Shown here piece after piece: positions 60,712-64,000 of a stretch of 64,000 nucleotides of DNA (within the stretch, counting starts at the first letter, position 1; every line of letters begins with the position of its first letter). The notes under the pieces were generated by a model that worked only from the letters and a program-made list of their open reading frames with translations, had not been told where the DNA came from and did not search any database. The stretch is taken from positions 1 through 64,000 of the forward strand of contig NIVC01000924.1 in assembly GCA_002269645.1 (NCBI GenBank), in the 5' to 3' direction. Source of the DNA: Macrostomum lignano. Lineage: Eukaryota. A program made the translations under genes and the position numbers.

Positions 60712-62921
60712 TGATGTAACTACGCTCTGGTCGCGGGATAGGGCATGGGAACTTTTTCGAAAGTGCCTCCTATCCTGTGCACCCTCTGCACAGAGCTGTC
60801 GAGACTCGGCCAGGTCTCCGACCGGGCCTGGAGACTCCCGCTCTGCTGCACCCCTCCTGCTGCCTTGGTTCCGTCTCCCCTGCCGCCACACCTGCCTTTC
60901 CGGAGCCCCCTACCCCTTTCTGTACCTCCCCCTCTACCCTATCTCTTCTGTTTTCCGCCCTATTCTTCCTGTACTTTCCCTATCTCCCCTCTTTTTGTCT
61001 CCCTCTGCACTCTTTTCCTGCGCTGTCCCCTCTTTCCCTGTGTCTACTTACAGTATTTTGTGTGCTCACCGTCTCCCTATCCCCTCTCAAACTCCCAAAC
61101 GGTGACGCAAGTCGTGTGACCCCTCTCCCCCTCGGTGACTCATCGATGACTTATTCCCCTCTCTTGCGCAACCTTTTCTCACGCCATTGTTCTCCTCCCC
61201 AAATTTCTCATGCGACCCCCACCCCACCTCCGCTTCTATTGTTCTCGTTTTTGCTTCTTTTGTTCTCTCGACCCCCACCAATTATCACATTTTCTCCGAT
61301 TTTCTCTTTCTTTTGTTCTCGTTTTCGCACCTAATTATCACCTTTCCCCAATGTTTACTTTTCCATTGTTCTCAGTTCTCCCCAATTATCCCCGTTTTCC
61401 AATTCCTTTGTTCTCGACCCCAGCCCTATTGTTCTCAATGTTTGCTTGCGCAATACTTTCGCGACCACCCGCTGCGCCAATTATCCCCCACCCACCTCCG
61501 GATTGCGCAATTTCCCTATTTCTCATGTTGCTATGCCGGTCTCGTGCTTCTCAACACGACTCATTCTGACGTCATTCTGCCGGCAGCCAATCAGAGAGAG
61601 GGAGCCATGGTAACGACCTTGAAGAGGCGGCTGTGAGGTCTATAAAAGGAAGCGATTTCGGCCTGAGAATCCTCAGACTCTTCCTCTCCTCGTCCTTCTT
61701 TGGACTTGCTGTCAGATTGAGTTCTGACCCATTCGTCTATAAGACGAATCCCTGCCGGTCCGCGGTCTGTTACCGCCAAGTTATCCTTAGCTCCCCAAGT
61801 GAGCTCGCCTATCGGCCAGCGGTCTGATACCGCCCAGCATCATCAGCATCGCCTGATCTACATCAGCGCCTCGTCGCTCCAGCGCATCGCCGCTTCACTG
61901 TCTGCCTGACTGCAGCCTACAGCCGTCCTCGGTCACTCCGCCTCTCTCTCTCTCTCTGTGCAGCTGCCGGTAAGTTCCTGTTACTAATTTGTGCTCTAAT
62001 TGCCTTTGCTTATCCGGGGTTTGCCTATTTTCCATTGTCCGATTAGAGAGCTGAGCCAATTGTGATACCGTAACTTTTTGCTGTATTTTACTCAATAGTG
62101 AAGCCGCCTAATTGCCTAATGATTCGCCTAGAGGCCTAATTACTAACTACTAACTAACTTCATCATTATTCAATCTTTCACCATCATTTAACTCATGGCT
62201 TGCTAAGCCTTTCTCCCGGGGTGGCAAAGCATAAGGAAGTTTGGGTAAGCTAATGGCCTCTCCCCGTGCAAAGCCCGCCTGTGTGAGTGCGTGCGGCGGG
62301 TTCGTGAGTGCGTGCAGTGGAGGGTGATTAGCGAGTTTTGGCACAGAATGGCAGCAGGAAGGTTGCAACCCCATGCTAACGCGTCCCTTCGCCCTGAGCA
62401 ATCTAAACTAGAGACAGTACATGTTCGCCTCATACTACTCTTAGTAATCAAAGTCGCAAGTCAGCCTCGCTCACAGCCACAAAGGATCCCCTGCTGAGAA
62501 ATCCTCCAGGATTGAGCCCAGAGTTCCCGATCATGCCCCAAGCAGAGTCCCTGTACTTGGCTGCATGCGTCTCCCCTGTTAGCCTAAATCCCCTGGTAAC
62601 CAATCCAGGCGGGGCTCTAGCCTCGAGAGGTCTGGTAGAAAGATCCAGGTGCGCCAGGTCACATAGAGTGGTGGCAGCCACTCGGTCATACCATGACCGA
62701 GTGACCAACTATTGCACCTTGGCTACAGGTGGGGTCCATGTGGGTCCTTGGCCCTCTGGTCACGAAGCGCTACCAAAGCTACTAATCATGTGGGCGGGAA
62801 GTCTGGTGCTGGAGGTCCGTCAGGTCATTGCCCGGTCATAGGCAGCCTACGGTCATTGCCCCCTCTAGCCAAGCGTTCGTCTCTCAATAGGAGCGGACAG
62901 GCGACAAGGGCGGTTACATCA
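60712..62921 (+). mobile_element. Solo LTR, Gypsy-like, 2210 bp
   Basis: Termini TGATGTAAC / GTTACATCA (9-bp inverted, TG...CA); 4-bp TSD TAAC at 60708-60711 and 62922-62925; internal Pol II promoter; no gag/pol. Confidence 0.8.
61567..61647 (+). promoter_or_regulatory. LTR promoter: CRE, CCAAT and TATA boxes
   Basis: TGACGTCA 61567-61574, CCAAT 61587-61591, TATAAAA 61641-61647; splice donor GTAAGT at 61970. Confidence 0.65.
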
Positions 62922-63458
62922 TAACGTGAAAGAGTCAGACAGATTCTAAATATTTCAACAATTGTAAAGTAAAATAAAGCTACCATTATATATGATATTT
63001 ATATAATCAGGTATCATTTACTCTCGTTTATTTAATAAATTTTTTAGAACTTTACAACCCATACCTGATCAAGATTTAGTAGTAGGCGAACCAGCGGACA
63101 TAACTCACTAGGGTTAGGGATTTCCCCGTAGACTTCTGGGATTTCCCCGCTCTCGGACCGCTCTAAGTAGCAAACTAAGCTTTTCAAACGCTTTTTCGCG
63201 CGCACTCCCAAAGACTTGTCTGCTGGGTGGTGGCCTGGGTGGACTCGATCCTAGCACCGTCCCTGATTCCACTTTTGGGTTGGCGGTGCCTTAGTCCATA
63301 GGCTTGGGTTAGTAGTAGTTCACACCCATCCCTAGCCAAGACGTTAGGGTCTAACAAAGTTTAGTGGGTATAGGCCCCTGGAAGTGCCCATCAGCGGCAG
63401 AGCCCCTCCCAGGGCTGATCCGCGGGTAGCCCCCGGCTTCCCATCCCCGTTTAACAAC

Positions 63459-63545
63459 AGGGTTAGGGTCAGGGTCAGGGTCAGGGTTAGGGTTAGGGTC
63501 AGGGTCAGGGTTAGGGTCAGGGTCAGGGTCAGGGTTAGGGTTAGT
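63459..63545 (+). repeat. Interstitial telomere-like tract (TTAGGG/TCAGGG)
   Basis: About 14 hexamers, mixed canonical and variant. Confidence 0.9.
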
Positions 63546-64000
63546 CCTAGTCTCGGGCCCCTGTTAGAGTAACAAAAGTAACAAACAGCTATATTAACAA
63601 TAATAATAATTCGTGGAATAAATCAGTTATTACAGGTAATAAACACAGATAAGTATCAAGGGTCTCGCCTCGTTAAACCTCTGTAAAAATAATAACTTTA
63701 TGTACACTTCAGTTTTGAAGAGACAAAAAATCTAGCATGGCTAAAAGTTTTCTATTAATTATAAAAATCTAACGTTGGCCGCAAAAAATATATAACAAAT
63801 TTATAACAAAAATGAACAGGAAATTCGCGTCAACTTTTATTTTCAGATAAAAAAGCATACTAATAAACGCAAAAAGTACTTGCCTATTAGAGTGAATTGA
63901 GACAGTAGACAGATTGGATTTTTTGTTCAAATCAGGAGATTTGAGATTGAGAAGGAACAGATGAAAAAAATAAAGCATATTATAGAAGTGTACCTATGCA

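Noticed and set aside
63116-63160. Two GGGATTTCCCC NF-kB-like sites
   Set aside because: Short local duplication with no linked gene or other evidence of function

Overview
Repeat-rich animal nuclear DNA, probably an invertebrate (GT-AG introns, TTAGGG-type repeats); the taxon cannot be determined from the sequence. Bases 1-8469 are the right arm of an integrated Polinton/Maverick (adintovirus-like) element. It carries the pPolB C-terminus, adenain protease, a membrane-protein ORF, a coiled-coil ORF, an A32-like packaging ATPase, a small GxG-motif protein, a Q-rich protein, major and minor capsid proteins and an orphan ORF, then subterminal repeats and an ACTACT terminus. Only two single-base frameshifts are evident, both in G runs, so the element may be near-intact. 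The integrase and left end are presumably upstream of the window. The remainder holds spliced host genes: a GPI-anchor-like mucin, a PAAT/C10orf88-like gene, a small HSP, a PDZ/synaptopodin-like gene, two orphan membrane proteins, the choline transporter SLC5A7 and a sex-peptide/MIP-receptor-like GPCR. These sit among more than 20 micro/minisatellite arrays, three copies of a tRNA-derived SINE, MITEs, decayed LINE and mariner fragments, a 2.2-kb solo LTR with intact target-site duplication, and an interstitial telomere-like tract. Most long ORFs in the supplied track are satellite artefacts. All family assignments come from remembered motifs, not database searches.
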